DNA of 62,857 bases, filler included, from Squatina squatina (Eukaryota): assembly GCA_031763465.1 (NCBI GenBank). It is 4 parts of 4 records of this genome, joined end to end, with 100 filler letters (N's around TTAATTAATTAA, not from the genome) between each part and the next. Parts side by side here need not be neighbours in the genome. Positions count along the whole stretch, not along the records: positions 1 to 21,667 come from JARFOE010000235.1; 3 more parts are not named here. One strand, given 5' to 3'. Position numbers and translations under genes: made by a program. Below are positions 1 to 12,795 of this stretch, one piece after another. The notes beneath the pieces are model-generated. The model was not told where the DNA came from and ran no database searches. It saw only the letters and a list, made by a program, of their open reading frames with translations. The stretch's first letter is position 1; the number at the start of each line of letters is the position of its first letter.

Positions 1-305
1 ATAGGGCCTTCCACATCCTTGGGATGTCTCAAAGTGATTTAGAACCAATTAAGTACCTTTGAAGTGCAGCCAGCATTGTTATGTAGATGAATGCTGCAGC
101 CAATTTGTGCAATGCAAGGCCCCACAATCAGCGTATGTGATAAATGATGAGTTTATCTGTTCTAGTGGTGTTGATTAAGGAATGGATGCTGGCCAGAACA
201 CTGGGAGAACTTCCTAATCTCCTTCAAATAGGCCCAGAGAATCTTTAACATCTATCTGAACAAGCAGATGGGGCCAGTCTCAATTTAACATCTGATCAGA
301 AGACG
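1..305 (-). mobile_element. Deu-domain SINE (SacSINE1/AmnSINE1-like), 3' part, diverged
   Basis: Reverse complement resembles the recalled Deu core and tail (aaattggctgcagc...cttcaaaggtacttaattgg...ctttgagacatcc) and overlaps in sequence with the copy at 42530. Confidence 0.65.
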
Positions 306-1263
306 TCAGTGATGACGTGTGCTGTGATGACTCTTGCAATAAATGCCATTTGAATCTCCTTTGCTCCATCATGTGGTGCTCCTGCTTCTCCGTGATATTG
401 GCATCCAAGGGAATGACATACTTGCTTCTGAGAGCTCCTGACGGTGGATAGAGGGTCTCAAGATCTTCCAGTGGTCTGACCCTGTGAGAAGCAGTGGGAG
501 GCAAGCCTAGGTATGTGTGTGTGCAGAATGGTTAAAAAAAAGCCACTTTAAATAGTATTTGCCAGGTGCAGACATCTGTATTCAAAATCTCCAGTCTCTG
601 CTGTGTGAAATATTCCTCAAATCCACCTGTGCCATCTGATCCTCGCAGCTGCTGCACCTCATATATCTCAGTCAAAATGACCTAGAGTGCATTAGTAATG
701 CAAACTCAGGAAACTTGAAGCTGCTATGTCAACTTGCTTCACTTTGTCATATGTGAATGATGTCAGTGAGGATGCGGTGCCTAATTACGGGAAATTATGA
801 GGAAACTCAATGAGAGTTTTTTGTAATGGTGGAATTTGGGCAGTAACAACTTCCACCCAATTTCTTGCCTAGAAAAACGTAATGCACTGTAAACGGTGAG
901 GAAACTCACCCCAATGGAATATTTATTTTGTGACGGAGTCAGAATTAGCCTCGAGTCATATTGAGAGACAATGCTAAATTGCCCATGCCATCTTCAAAAG
1001 AAAAGTACATCAATATAGATGTTTGCTGGTGAAAGAAGAGTCAGTCCAAACACCGTCCTTTGCTTCTCCTCAGTCGTCTGTTGTTGCATTCTAATATTAC
1101 CATACCAGAAGTTGCTCAAATGCTGCAGGAAATGAGTAATATGCTGTGACGGGGTTGTATTTATAGCTTGCTAAAGAGATGAAAGATGGCCTATGTTGGC
1201 TGGGAAGGGCCAATTGCACCTTTTAAGTTGGCACTAATGATCTCATTAAATCCGATCACTCAC

Positions 1264-1355
1264 CAAGTAAGCCTGCAACTTCATATGCTTTCTTCTGCTC
1301 AATAGTTTCATAGTTCAGGGCTTCAAAGAATACATCCAGCACTAAAATATTCTCC
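1264..1355 (-). CDS. ASIC2: ASIC2-like coding exon 7 (92 nt, leads into TM2)
   Basis: Acceptor ttgttgttgcag, then [30 protein letters not shown](G), donor GTGAGT. Phase 2 to 1. Exons 5-6 are not visible (probably in gap 1777-1876); the DIGGQMGLFIGAS exon is not in the window. Confidence 0.95.
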
Positions 1356-1397
1356 CTGCAACAACAAAAAAAATACAAAAAGCAAATGAAATTTTTT

Positions 1398-1512
1398 GTT
1401 GTGTGAAGGCATTTGTGCGTGTACACAGGTGTGTGTGTAAATGTATGGATGTGAATGTAAGTGTGAATACATAAGTATGTACACATGTATGTAGGTGTGA
1501 GTGCATTTGTGT
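1398..1512. repeat. Degenerate TG-rich simple repeat
   Basis: gtgtgtgtaaatgtatggatgtgaatgtaagtgtg..., in the intron next to ASIC exon 7. Confidence 0.6.
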
Positions 1513-1876
1513 TGAAAATAAAGTGAATCCTATTTGTAACAAAATGTTTCTAGATCACATTTCTGATACAGTACTGCGCCAAACTGCCTGTGTTTGGCTG
1601 CGTAGCACAAGCGCCCGAGTTTAACGAAGCCAACTGTAAAGTACCTTTGTCAGTGCCTGTGTAATTCTTTTCCATTCATTAACGCCAAAGCTGTTAGTGT
1701 CTCCCAGGCACTTCAATTAAAAGGGGCATTATATAACAGAAGTGGCTAATTGATAGCTATTTCCTCAAGTGAGTGGNNNNNNNNNNNNNNNNNNNNNNNN
1801 NNNNNNNNNNNNNNNNNNNNNNNNNNNNNNNNNNNNNNNNNNNNNNNNNNNNNNNNNNNNNNNNNNNNNNNNNNNN

Positions 1877-2220
1877 AAGGATGAGAATTTTGAAATCGAG
1901 GTGTTACTTAACTGGGAGCCAATGTAGGTCAGCGAGCACAGGAGTGATGGGTGGGACTTGGTGCGAGTTAGGTCACGGACAGCCGAGTTTTGGATCACCT
2001 CAAGTTTACGTGGGGTAGAATGTGAGTGGCTAGCCAGGACTGCGTTGGAATAGTCAAGTCTAGAGGTAACAAAGGCATGGATAAGGGTTTTGGCAGCGGA
2101 TGAGCTGAGGCAAGGGCAGAGACAGGTGATGTTACAGAGGTGGAGGTAGGTGGTCTTAGTTATGCTATCAAAAGCTCATTTCAGGGTCAAATACGACACC
2201 AACGTTGTGAACAGTTTGAA
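1877..2220 (-). mobile_element. L2-clade LINE ORF2 C-terminal fragment
   Basis: Minus strand reads LIHAFVTSRLDYSNAVLA...LEVIQNSA. Homologous to the copies at 25731 and 44479. Confidence 0.8.
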
Positions 2221-2395
2221 AAAACATTTGAGGAAAAGCAAACAGATAACAGACTCCTATGGAACTTGGACCTATTACCTTGTTGGGAGGAGAAGGACCC
2301 TCCCAAATTTCCAATGCAGCCAACAAAGCCGTGCTAATTTAAGTTATTATTTCAATTCACCTCCTGACTATCTGAATGCTTCCCAGCAGACCTCA

Positions 2396-2528
<133 letters not shown>

Positions 2529-3253
2529 CTGAAAACAGCAACATATGAACATTAACCTTTCAAACAGAATCCTAAAATTAATTGGGTTGCATTTCAATAG
2601 TACAATATCCACTCGACACATTTATGCTTCGCCTCAGTTTAGCAGTAATTTATTTTCTGTAAAATTTCACAAGGTTACTAATTCTAGTTCACTTGGAGAA
2701 GGAGGTAAGTGGTAATGTTTTGGGTCGAGTTGAATTTCAGCTAAAGAAATAAAACATTGGACCAGATTTTGTGTGCTCGATGATGCAATACGCTGGTCGC
2801 AAGCCGTTANNNNNNNNNNNNNNNNNNNNNNNNNNNNNNNNNNNNNNNNNNNNNNNNNNNNNNNNNNNNNNNNNNNNNNNNNNNNNNNNNNNNNNNNNNN
2901 NNNNNNNNNAGGCACAGTGAAGGCACTGTCGAGACTGCGCCTGCGCAGTCAGGTCTGTGCAAAAAACTGGGACATTTGAGCCATTTTCAGGTACTTGCTA
3001 GGACACTGGGACGTTTGCTCAAAAAACAGGACTGTCCCGGCAAAACCAGGATATCTGGTTCCCCCTACGTATCCTGCCCATCCTCTCAACTACATTATGA
3101 AGTGTTGCATGGGGACATCTAGAATAGAGGGATGAAAATGTAGGGAAATGATTTGACTTTGTAAAGAAGAGTTTTATGGATCTTAACTGCAGCTGAGGAT
3201 GAAACACTCAGAAGATTAAATGCCCGAAATGCGTATCAGAGGAGGTGCAGTAC

Positions 3254-3381
3254 CCGTTGCTCCTGAGTGGAAACAAACGTTTGGAATCCTGGGGCAATCC
3301 CAAATCCAAGCTCGTGCACAAATGGTGGCTCCGACTGAGTGTGGAGCTGCACTCTTATCCCAGCTTCAAATGTAGTGTCTT
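3254..3381 (-). CDS. ASIC2: ASIC2-like coding exon 3 (128 nt)
   Basis: Acceptor ctctcttacag, then (E)[42 protein letters not shown], donor GTACTG. Phase 1 to 0. Confidence 0.95.
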
Positions 3382-4419
3382 CTGTAAGAGAGAGGAAACA
3401 ATTGAAAACATTTAGCACCAGAGGAAACCTGATCAGAAGCTTGCTCTTAGAGCAGACTCGGTGAATCAGTNNNNNNNNNNNNNNNNNNNNNNNNNNNNNN
3501 NNNNNNNNNNNNNNNNNNNNNNNNNNNNNNNNNNNNNNNNNNNNNNNNNNNNNNNNNNNNNNNNNNNNNNATTTTTGGCCCAATAAAACAAAGCAATCCT
3601 TGTACAAGATAGGGTTGTCAATTCTGGTTTGATGTATTCCTGGAGATTTGATCATATGACATTTGCCCACTGTTTGCAAATGTTATTGCATTTACCTTAG
3701 TTGAGTGTCTCAATATAACCAAGCCCCAAATAAAATATTTGACTTTTTATTTTATAGTGAGATGAATAACATAATTTATTAAAGAAAGAACACAAAAGAA
3801 TAGGAAGATTTAAGGATAAGTGAAGTTTAAATAAAAACTGCTTCAGTGATGTTTCTACAGTATCCACCCCAATGAGAAACATCAAGTAAATACCACTGAT
3901 TCAACAAAAACACCATCGATATATGTAACTTGTAATGAAAGTTTTTGTACAATTTTCTAACATTTTACAATACACAGCACGTTATAAAAATAATAACTAA
4001 AACCAAAACCAAACCTAATTCAATTCACTGACTCCCACATCCCAGCATTGAGGCTCAGTCCTCAGAGAGAAGCACCAAAGCTGCCTGACTCCTAAAATAA
4101 AACACATTATACAGCAGCGTACATCACAGGCCAATAAGAACACTCTCTCCCTCCAGTTTGTGCTTCTCTCTCCCTCCCCCAGTTGCTCTCTCAGGACTCA
4201 GAGTTTTCAGGCATTTACATTGGCCCCAGTGCCATCATTCTCACAACTGGTATTGAAGGAGTGAGTTCTAAATAACGGAGAGACGAGCATGGCTCTGACA
4301 ACAGTTTGGTTGCAGGCCACAACAGTCAGGGTACTGCACATTCGCAAACTGCATAGATTTCTCCCGAATTGCCAGCAGCAGTGCCGGCCAAAGTAGGAGG
4401 GTTGGGAAACCCAGTTTCA

Positions 4420-5130
4420 GACCTTGGTTAGGCCGCAATTAGAATATTGGGTCCAGTTTTGGCCTCCTCATGGTGGGGATACTGAAGCTCTGGCAAGGAT
4501 GTGGAGGAGGCCAACAAGATTAATACCTAGTTGAAAACACCTTAGTTACCCAGATAGGCTTAAAGAGCTGGGTCTGTATGCTTCAGAAAAGGATAGACTT
4601 GGGGGCGATTTGACAGATATATAATATAATGAAGAGACTAGATTGTGTTCACAGGGACAAATTATTTCAACTGGATAGACTGGAGAGGACCAGGGATTAG
4701 GTTTACAAGTTAGTAAGACCTAGGTTGGAAGTTAGGTACCTCTTTTCCCAGAGAATAGTGGGGTTGTGAAACAGGTCGTTGGCTCTTGCATGAATGCTGG
4801 TTTGCTGTACTGCTTTAAGAGAGACCAAGACATGTTTCTGGCTGGGGCAGAGATCATCATACAAGAAGTAGTTACCCTGTAATATAAATTGGGGACAAAT
4901 TGATCATCTTGACTAGTTTTGATCGACTAAAGTTATCGGAGATGAATTTTCCAGATTTTTGTCCCTCATTGGCCTGGATTTTTACCTGGTTTTTTGCCAC
5001 TCCCAGGAGATTACATGATTCCGGGTGGGTAAGTTTCTGTATTTTAATGCATAGGGCATCACAATTATATGGGGCAGCCTAGATGGAGCGGTAGGTCTTT
5101 TGCTGACCGACATTTTTGTATGTTCATATA
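4420..5130 (+). mobile_element. CR1 LINE 3' fragment (ORF2 C-terminus plus 3' UTR)
   Basis: ttggttaggccgcaattagaatattgggtccagttttgg encodes LVRPQLEYWVQFW; later FSQRIVGL; decayed with stops. Confidence 0.75.
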
Positions 5131-5852
5131 AACTGGATTCATCTTATCTATATCATACAATATTTTTTACATTTTAGGTCTCTCTATCTACATTCTAGAC
5201 TGTAACATTTATCGTCCCGTAATTTTTCACCATTGTTCATATCCCCTCTACACTGCGAATCAGTCTTGTTCTTTTCTGTACATTTTCTAAAGCATTTATA
5301 TATTTTTTATAATATGGCCAGAACTGAATACTCTAAAGTGGTATTTATGGTTTGACTGGTGCATTTTAAATGTTGCTGGCCGCACAACGGCCCCATATGT
5401 TGCTACCCTTCTGAGAAAATTGAGGAAAGTAAAGAACAGAGGTTGAACTTTTTTCTTAAGTGTAGGAAGAGAGATTCCCTTGTCTAACAATTTACAGAGT
5501 TCAGACTTGCAAAACAGACAGCTCGGACAAAGACTAATGAATAATTTTCTTTATTTAAAAAAAACCCANNNNNNNNNNNNNNNNNNNNNNNNNNNNNNNN
5601 NNNNNNNNNNNNNNNNNNNNNNNNNNNNNNNNNNNNNNNNNNNNNNNNNNNNNNNNNNNNNNNNNNNNTAGTTTTTGAGAATTATTACAGTGGTAGAATT
5701 GGAAATATTGCGATAATGGTGGAAAAGATCGTACATGCTAAACAGTCAAGTAAAAATAAGTGAAGTATAAAATTATTGCTTTACATCATCTCTGGCAGTC
5801 ACTTTCCTCTCAGTTCTACAATTCTGTTTTAATAGGAGGGAATAATTCTTAC

Positions 5853-6003
5853 CAGCTTCACCCCAGACTGGTAAGTAGTCATCCTGCTGAATGTCCAACA
5901 TAATCTCAAGGCCATTGCCAGTCCCACCCTGCACGGTGGTCAGTAGAGGCTTGTCATCGCTTCCTGAGTTAAACATGTAGCACTTCCCATATCTGGTAAA
6001 AAC
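5853..6003 (-). CDS. ASIC2: ASIC2-like coding exon 2 (151 nt)
   Basis: Acceptor ttttgtctttcccttag, then [50 protein letters not shown], donor GTAAGA. Phase 0 to 1, in frame with exons 1 and 3. Confidence 0.95.
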
Positions 6004-6229
6004 CTAAGGGAAAGACAAAAAGTCAAATATAAGTAATAGAGACCAGTGCATAAGATAACTCTCCAATATTTGACATTTATATTGCTCTCAGTACAATCAA
6101 TTTATATTTATGAAGAACACTATAGTCAACTCCACTGGAACTGAGCAAATGTTTTCTTTTTTTCAATATTTAACATGGTCTGAGGTGATTAAAATCAAAT
6201 CTCCTCTGCCTTTATATATATAATATATG

Positions 6230-6362
6230 TAAAGAACTTGCATTAATATAGCACCTTTAACGTAGTACTTCACAGGAGCATAATCAGACACTGAACCAAA
6301 GAAGGAGACCTTAGGACAGGCAACCAAAAGCTTGCTCAACCAGGCAGGTTTTAAAGAGAGTC
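6230..6362 (-). mobile_element. L2 3' terminus fragment
   Basis: aacttgcattaatatagcacctttaacgtag...cacaggagc, the same tail as at 44479. Confidence 0.7.
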
Positions 6363-6484
6363 NNNNNNNNNNNNNNNNNNNNNNNNNNNNNNNNNNNNNN
6401 NNNNNNNNNNNNNNNNNNNNNNNNNNNNNNNNNNNNNNNNNNNNNNNNNNNNNNNNNNNNNNATCTTTGTTTGAGAAACACTTA

Positions 6485-7220
6485 GGGGGCGAAATTCCCC
6501 ATTCGGATTCACCAGGCTTACGCCTCCGGGAGGCGCTTGCCAGGCAGTGATGACTTTGCGGTGGCCAGCGACGCTTCCGCTGTCTGCCGCTGAATTCGGC
6601 CGGGGGGTAGCGGTGGCGATGTCAAGCAGCGCCCCGCTCCCGTCAGCAGTGCAACGCTCGTCGCTACATGGTGATGATGACTCTTGAGCGACCCGGCAGT
6701 TAAATTCCTTCGCGACCCCTGCAGCAGTGCCGGGCGATGGCGTCAACAACCATTTAAAGGTGCAGTGGGCAGCTGGCAGGAGAAAATGCTGATTTTTATT
6801 TCACCAGGGACATCGCACCGGTCGCGGGCTAAGTGCCGCAATCAGTCAGCCCGGCACTCTGCTTGAGCGCCGGCTGATCGCATGGCACTCCTGCTCCCTG
6901 GTGCTGCAGCAAATGCTGTGAGCACTGCAGAGCTCATAGCGGGGAGCCCGTCCCTTTAATTGAGGGACGCGCTCCTGCAAAGAGGCAGTGCCATTCCTGG
7001 CCACTGGTGGTGCTACTGAGCTCTTCGCCCCTGATCCAGCTCCTGCGCACTCCAAGAGGCATGGGGGGCATCTCATTTAGTGCTCCACTTGTTTCTTGGA
7101 AAAAAAATCTGCTAATTGTATAAATTTTTCGTGAGTCAGCGCTGGGTGCAGATGGGGCGATTTTTTTTTTTTTTTCTTGGCATTATCGCCACAAACAAGG
7201 GGCAAGGGAATTTCGGTCCC
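6485..7220. mobile_element. Non-autonomous PIF/Harbinger-type DNA transposon with TIRs and TTA target-site duplication
   Basis: Left end GGGGGCGAAATTCCC; right end reverse complement GGGACCGAAATTCCC; TTA on both flanks (6482-6484, 7221-7223); GC-rich interior. Confidence 0.75.
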
Positions 7221-8177
7221 TTATTACTCAACCATCTGGGCGAGTAAGTCACTCTGCTGTAAAGCATTTTATTAAAAATAAAAACCTAATTTGTATAATG
7301 GGTGCATTTTGTTATATGGCATCGCAGCCAAAGTGTTAAAGTATGTGATTAGTGAACTAGTCAAACAAAATTTTCAGATTTAATGGGATTTTAATTTTTT
7401 CATGCATCAAAGAGGTTTTATTGAATATTTCATTGTAAAAGTGGAGATGTTCCTGAGCGAAATGAGAAGAAATTAAGCTTCCATTTATCTGGTGCTGGTT
7501 CCCTTTATCTACTCATATTGCAGTGATATGTATATATTAGCTTTCCATACACGTTGAATGTCAAATTGGCTAAAGTCAGCCTATTCTCGCAGAGTTGTTT
7601 GAGACTTTGAATAAGGATCCAAGCACTCATGGCACAGACGTCGATGCAGATGCGTTGTTAGCCACTGGTAATTTCAATAATTACAGAGCATGGTAAAACC
7701 TCATCGTTCCTTTAAGCACAACATTTTCATATGCACAACCAACAACTGAATGCCCAGAATGCTATTACACTGTAATTACTTCATCCAGATTACCAATTAC
7801 AAGATGTGTTGAGCCTCACATTTTCTCTCTTATGACGATTCTTCAACTTATCTCATGCACTGTAAATCTGACTCCAACCTTGAATGATGCCGATAACCTC
7901 ACATCACCATTTTTTAATTTCACGCATAATGAATTGTTCTGACCTTGCAATATGTGCAAGGCAAAATAACTCCTGTGCTGCGGAATCTGACAGTTATTGC
8001 ATGTGTAGGAAGAAAGAAAAAGATCACTGGGGGTGTGAAAAAGAATTGTGCGTTAATTTTCTTTGAGGGCTTCTGTTTATTTGCGACCAAAATATGGGAC
8101 CTGGGAGGAGCAAAGGCTTTTTGACAGAGAGCCAAGGATCATCCAATCGGGTGATCCTGCCCCCCCCCCGCCCCCAA

Positions 8178-8490
8178 ACAACTGCAACAACTTGGATTTA
8201 TATAGCGCCTTTAATGCAGTGAAACGCCCCAAGACGCTTCACGGGAGCATCAATCATTAAATTTGACACCGCCCNNNNNNNNNNNNNNNNNNNNNNNNNN
8301 NNNNNNNNNNNNNNNNNNNNNNNNNNNNNNNNNNNNNNNNNNNNNNNNNNNNNNNNNNNNNNNNNNNNNNNNNNAGAAGGCGGGGAGGTGGACTTGAGAA
8401 ATGTCGGATCAGCCATGATCCAATTGAATGGTGGAGCGGGCTCGATGGGCCAAATGGCCTACTCCTGCTCCTACTTCTTATGGCCTTATG
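8178..8490. mobile_element. L2 3' tail (minus) and CR1 3' tail (plus) flanking a gap
   Basis: caacaacttggatttatatagcgcc before the gap; gatcagccatgatc...gaatggtggagcgggctcg...tggcctactcctgctcct after it. Confidence 0.7.
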
Positions 8491-9894
8491 GTCACTCTCT
8501 GGCTTGCCGGCACCTTTTAGCGGCAGGTCCCAGATTTCCTGACGGTGCAGTGGCCTTGGATCCCCATGCACCGTTGAAGCCTGTGGCCTTTGTCTTTAAG
8601 ACAGGGGGTGAGGACATGGCTAGTGCATGTGCAGTTGTGCCGGCCGGGTCAGCAGCGTGGCAATGCTGGTTTGGCCTTCCCACATTACGCTGACCCGGAA
8701 CCGTGACTAACTCAACAAGGCCATGTCTCAGTGCCTCGCTGCCGGTGTGGCGCACTTCCAGCCGTGGGGCCGCGAATGCTGCGGCCCATTTCAGGCCATT
8801 TGAGTTGGCCCCCCATACGTTTTTCAACCTTAATATTGCCAGGAATCCATTTAACATTAATGGATTCCTGTCGCCTTCACAATTGGAAAATCTACTCTGA
8901 TACTTAGGAAGCACGCAGACCTGACCAGACAGACCACAAGTAACAAAGTTTTACCAGTTTCCACAAAGTCACTGATGCTTAATATTTCTTATATATTCTG
9001 CTGAGCAAAAGTATATTATGTGTATACAGCAGTTCGCCCATGTTAAGTTGCAGTGGAATAATTGATCATTATGCACTACTTTCTGAAGGTGAAACATGGC
9101 TTAACAGAATAATTTCTCATACACTATGGGTAAACTGATCTGTCATAATAATGCAAATTAAAATGAGAAAACCTGACATTTATTTAATCAGTTCAGTCAA
9201 AATTGTTTGGATGAGATTCAAATTGACCCTGAGCATCAGTGAAGCTGTTCGACAAAGGCTTATACAGCAACTTTGTCCACACCGACATGATTTGGCAAGT
9301 AGCACTTTGGGATGTATGACCCATGATCCTAATAATTGAGGCTGAATGGGGCTGACAACAATGTCACAATGAATCTNNNNNNNNNNNNNNNNNNNNNNNN
9401 NNNNNNNNNNNNNNNNNNNNNNNNNNNNNNNNNNNNNNNNNNNNNNNNNNNNNNNNNNNNNNNNNNNNNNNNNNNNGGCTGAGGGAGGTGGATTAGCATC
9501 AGTCGAGACGCAGTTGCTAAGATGAGGGGTACTTAAACTTCAGCTGTGTGTTAATCGAGCTCTCATGTCCCATGCGGCTTAGGAACTTGCCACGCTTTAC
9601 TTCTGTGAGGACGTCATCTGTGTTGACTGAAGATAAAAGTTCAACCCTTTCCCCGTCAGAATTTTGTAAAAATTTAATGATTTCACGGTGGCGACTCCAC
9701 ATGGTAAAAATTAAGCTGATTGTGCTGCACCCTCTGTGTTAGAGTGATGATGGAAAGTTAGTATTTACCCCTGTTGGAAGCACTGACACTGAAGTTTTTC
9801 GTCTTAATGGTTTTAAGCTGCTATTCTGAAAAGGAAGTTGAATTATCCAGTATGGGGATGAATTGAGATTAACTGATAGTGCAGTACCACCTCG

Positions 9895-10240
9895 CCAGTC
9901 TCCTCCTGCCCAGTATCTCATTCTGCACTGTCCACTCCTCTAACTCTGCCCTGTTGATCATTCCTGACTGTAAGCACTCAAACATTGGTGGCCGTGCCTT
10001 CAGCTGCCAAGACCCTGAGCTCTGGAACTCTCTCCCCAAACCTTTCTGCCTCTCTACTTCTCTTTCCTCCTTTAAGACACTCCTAAAAACCTACCTCTCT
10101 GACCAAACCTTTGGCCACCTGCTGTAATTTCATCTTAGGTGGCTTGGTGACAAATCTTTTTGTCTTATAATACTCCTGTGAAGCACCTTGGGACATTTCA
10201 CCCCGTTAAAGACGGTATATATATAAAAGCTGTTGTTGCC
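9895..10240 (+). mobile_element. L2 LINE 3' end
   Basis: Encodes GGRAFSCQDPELWNSLP...SFKTLLKTYL and ends in a gttgttg tail. Confidence 0.8.
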
Positions 10241-12795
10241 ATTTCATTAATTGTCTTTTGAGAGTCCATATACACAGCATCCACCTCATCAACCCTCCAC
10301 ACTGCTTCATCACGAACACAACCAAGTCTGTCCACCACCATTTGCATTCCACAAATCCACACTGATTTTCATTTTATCGGCCCATACTTTTCCCAATGCT
10401 GGATTAATTTTGTCCCGGGTTATTGTCTGTATTTGCCAGGTTTATCACTCTTTGTTTCTTGAACATGGATGATTCAATTTGCAAGCCTCCATTTCCCTGG
10501 TGCCGCCCCCATATCTGAAGAGGATTTCGAGATTGTGGCCACATCCTATACAATTTCCACTTCCCCCCTTACCTCCCTCAGTAAACTAGGGCACATTCCA
10601 TCCAGACCGGGTGACATTTCAATTAGGGGGAAGCGCTAACCTTTTGAATAATCCCACTTCGTCTGCTTGTATCCCAACCAATATCACCCCCCACTTTACT
10701 GCTACACTGACAGCAGCCTCTCCGAGCGAAGACAGATTTGAACTATTGATCTCGTACGTCAGCGCTGCCCTCTGCCTCCACACGAATATCTTTAGTCCCA
10801 AATCGACCCCAGACTTCCTTTGAAAATAAAAGGATATTGTCCCAAAAATTCCGGTCAGCGGCTTCCTGCTTGTGACAGAATGATTTCCACATAAGTACCT
10901 GGCGGTCCGGTGCTTTGCAAAAACGTCCATTCCTGGGCCTCCACAGGAACGTTGGCGGAACGGCCCAGGGACCTCTCCAGTGTCGGCGGTTCGCACACAC
11001 TGTTGGGATCACGTGGGCTGCCCCAACCGATCAGTTAGGGTTATCGCCCATTCATACCTCTGCTGATCTCTGAAAATACAGAGATTTAATGAATTGGTGA
11101 AGTGATTTATATATAAATATATAATACAAACAAAGTTTTGAAAGTTTTTTTTTGCAGTGTGGGTGAAATAATAAGAATGAATCAATGCTGAGAATGAGAC
11201 ATCAGAGGAGTGTCCACACAATACATGTAAGCTGTTTGGAGTTTAGAACTTGACTTTAATTAACCTGCAGTGACTGGTTCACCTATTCTAAATGGTGCTG
11301 CTGGATAGAGACAATCCTTCAAGTAAATTGAAATACTCAGTCTTGCCATTCATAGGTCATCCTTGCTGCTGGAGAAAATTATCCATTGGGTTCCATTTCT
11401 GGCATTGCCTTCTCCAGAAGGTCCACAAGGCACCATGAGGGTAAGGACTGCTCTGGTCACTGTAATAAAATCTTAAACATATTCTTTCTGAATACATTTG
11501 CAGTATTCCTACACAGAACAATCCTTCCCCCTATATTGGCAGTATATTAGAAAGCTTGTGTCACTACTTACAGATTGGTTGAGTGACCAGAGAGAATATT
11601 ACAGGATATGTCAACCCAAAGATCTGTCTCACTGCAACTAAACATAGGCTTCAGCTGTCCACCCTCTCGGGTGAAAAGTAGCACATATCACAAGGGGAAG
11701 CGGGGAATGATAATAGATTATAACATGGGGGAGAATATAGAATATATGTCTCCCCAAGTCAACCTGTTACTGTATATGCATGAGTGACATACATTTAACT
11801 ATACAAATCTCTCTGTTATGCTCTGTTCTTCACTGAATCAGTTTTCTGAGTTATAATCTCTGTGGGAGAAATGTGCAATGCCTGTTTCACAAAGCATGAA
11901 ATTCAACATGTGCATTCACACAAATGAAGAGTAACTATTCTGCTTGTCAGTGGCCTAATAGGAATCTGCCACATCACAGTGCAGATCTTGGCCAAAGGCA
12001 GAATGTGTTAGCTTACATTCAGTATCTGATTAGAGCAAATCGTTCCAATTTATATTTTCTCTTGAAATAAAAAAAAATTAAATCAGGTGCCGTACACAAT
12101 ATTTTTAAAACTCTGGTAAAAGCACTCAGTATCAATATACCAAACACAGGAACAACTGAAGCAGAAACAAAATACTGCGTATGCTGGAAGGCTGAAATAA
12201 TGCTGGAAACATTTGGCAGCATCTGATAACTGATAAAGGAAAACTGAATTGCCTTGAAGACGGCTAGTTACTTATAGTGATGACAATTAGTGGGAGAAAT
12301 TTAACTTGAACTGAAAACTGGCGTAAAATGGACATCCAATGATGTCGGCGAGAGGCCTAAGCCAAATTCAGCATCATTTGAAAGAAACAGGTGACATGCA
12401 GGCTCCAATCAGGCATCCTAAAGCAGTTAGTCAGTCAGGGCCTGACAGATTCTGACTGGCTTGACACTAAACTTTCCCGCAGATAGNNNNNNNNNNNNNN
12501 NNNNNNNNNNNNNNNNNNNNNNNNNNNNNNNNNNNNNNNNNNNNNNNNNNNNNNNNNNNNNNNNNNNNNNNNNNNNNNNNNNNNNNACATGGCGTAATAA
12601 CATGTCCAGTGATAGCGGGGTTGTAGCAAGTCACCAAGTATGTAATTTCAATGATGTATAATTCATTCGGAGATTTGAAAACAATATGCACACATCATAC
12701 TTCAATACAAACTTGTTTTGATTAGGTAAAAGAGTAATGTAAAATTCCCCCAAAGTTTTTTTTTTATAAGAAAAATTAGAAATGGCAAGACTCAC

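Noticed and set aside
280-504. 74-aa ORF as a downstream ASIC exon
   Set aside because: It lacks DIGGQMGLFIGAS and overlaps SINE and probable transposon-derived sequence.
2980-3020. Minus-strand PSKYLKM resembling ASIC exon 6 (PSKxSAKYL)
   Set aside because: The flanks do not match, and it lies upstream of exon 4, the wrong position.
12631-12795. C-terminal extension of the 284-aa ORF (VSLAISNF...)
   Set aside because: Read-through into intron 1 past the GTGAGT donor.
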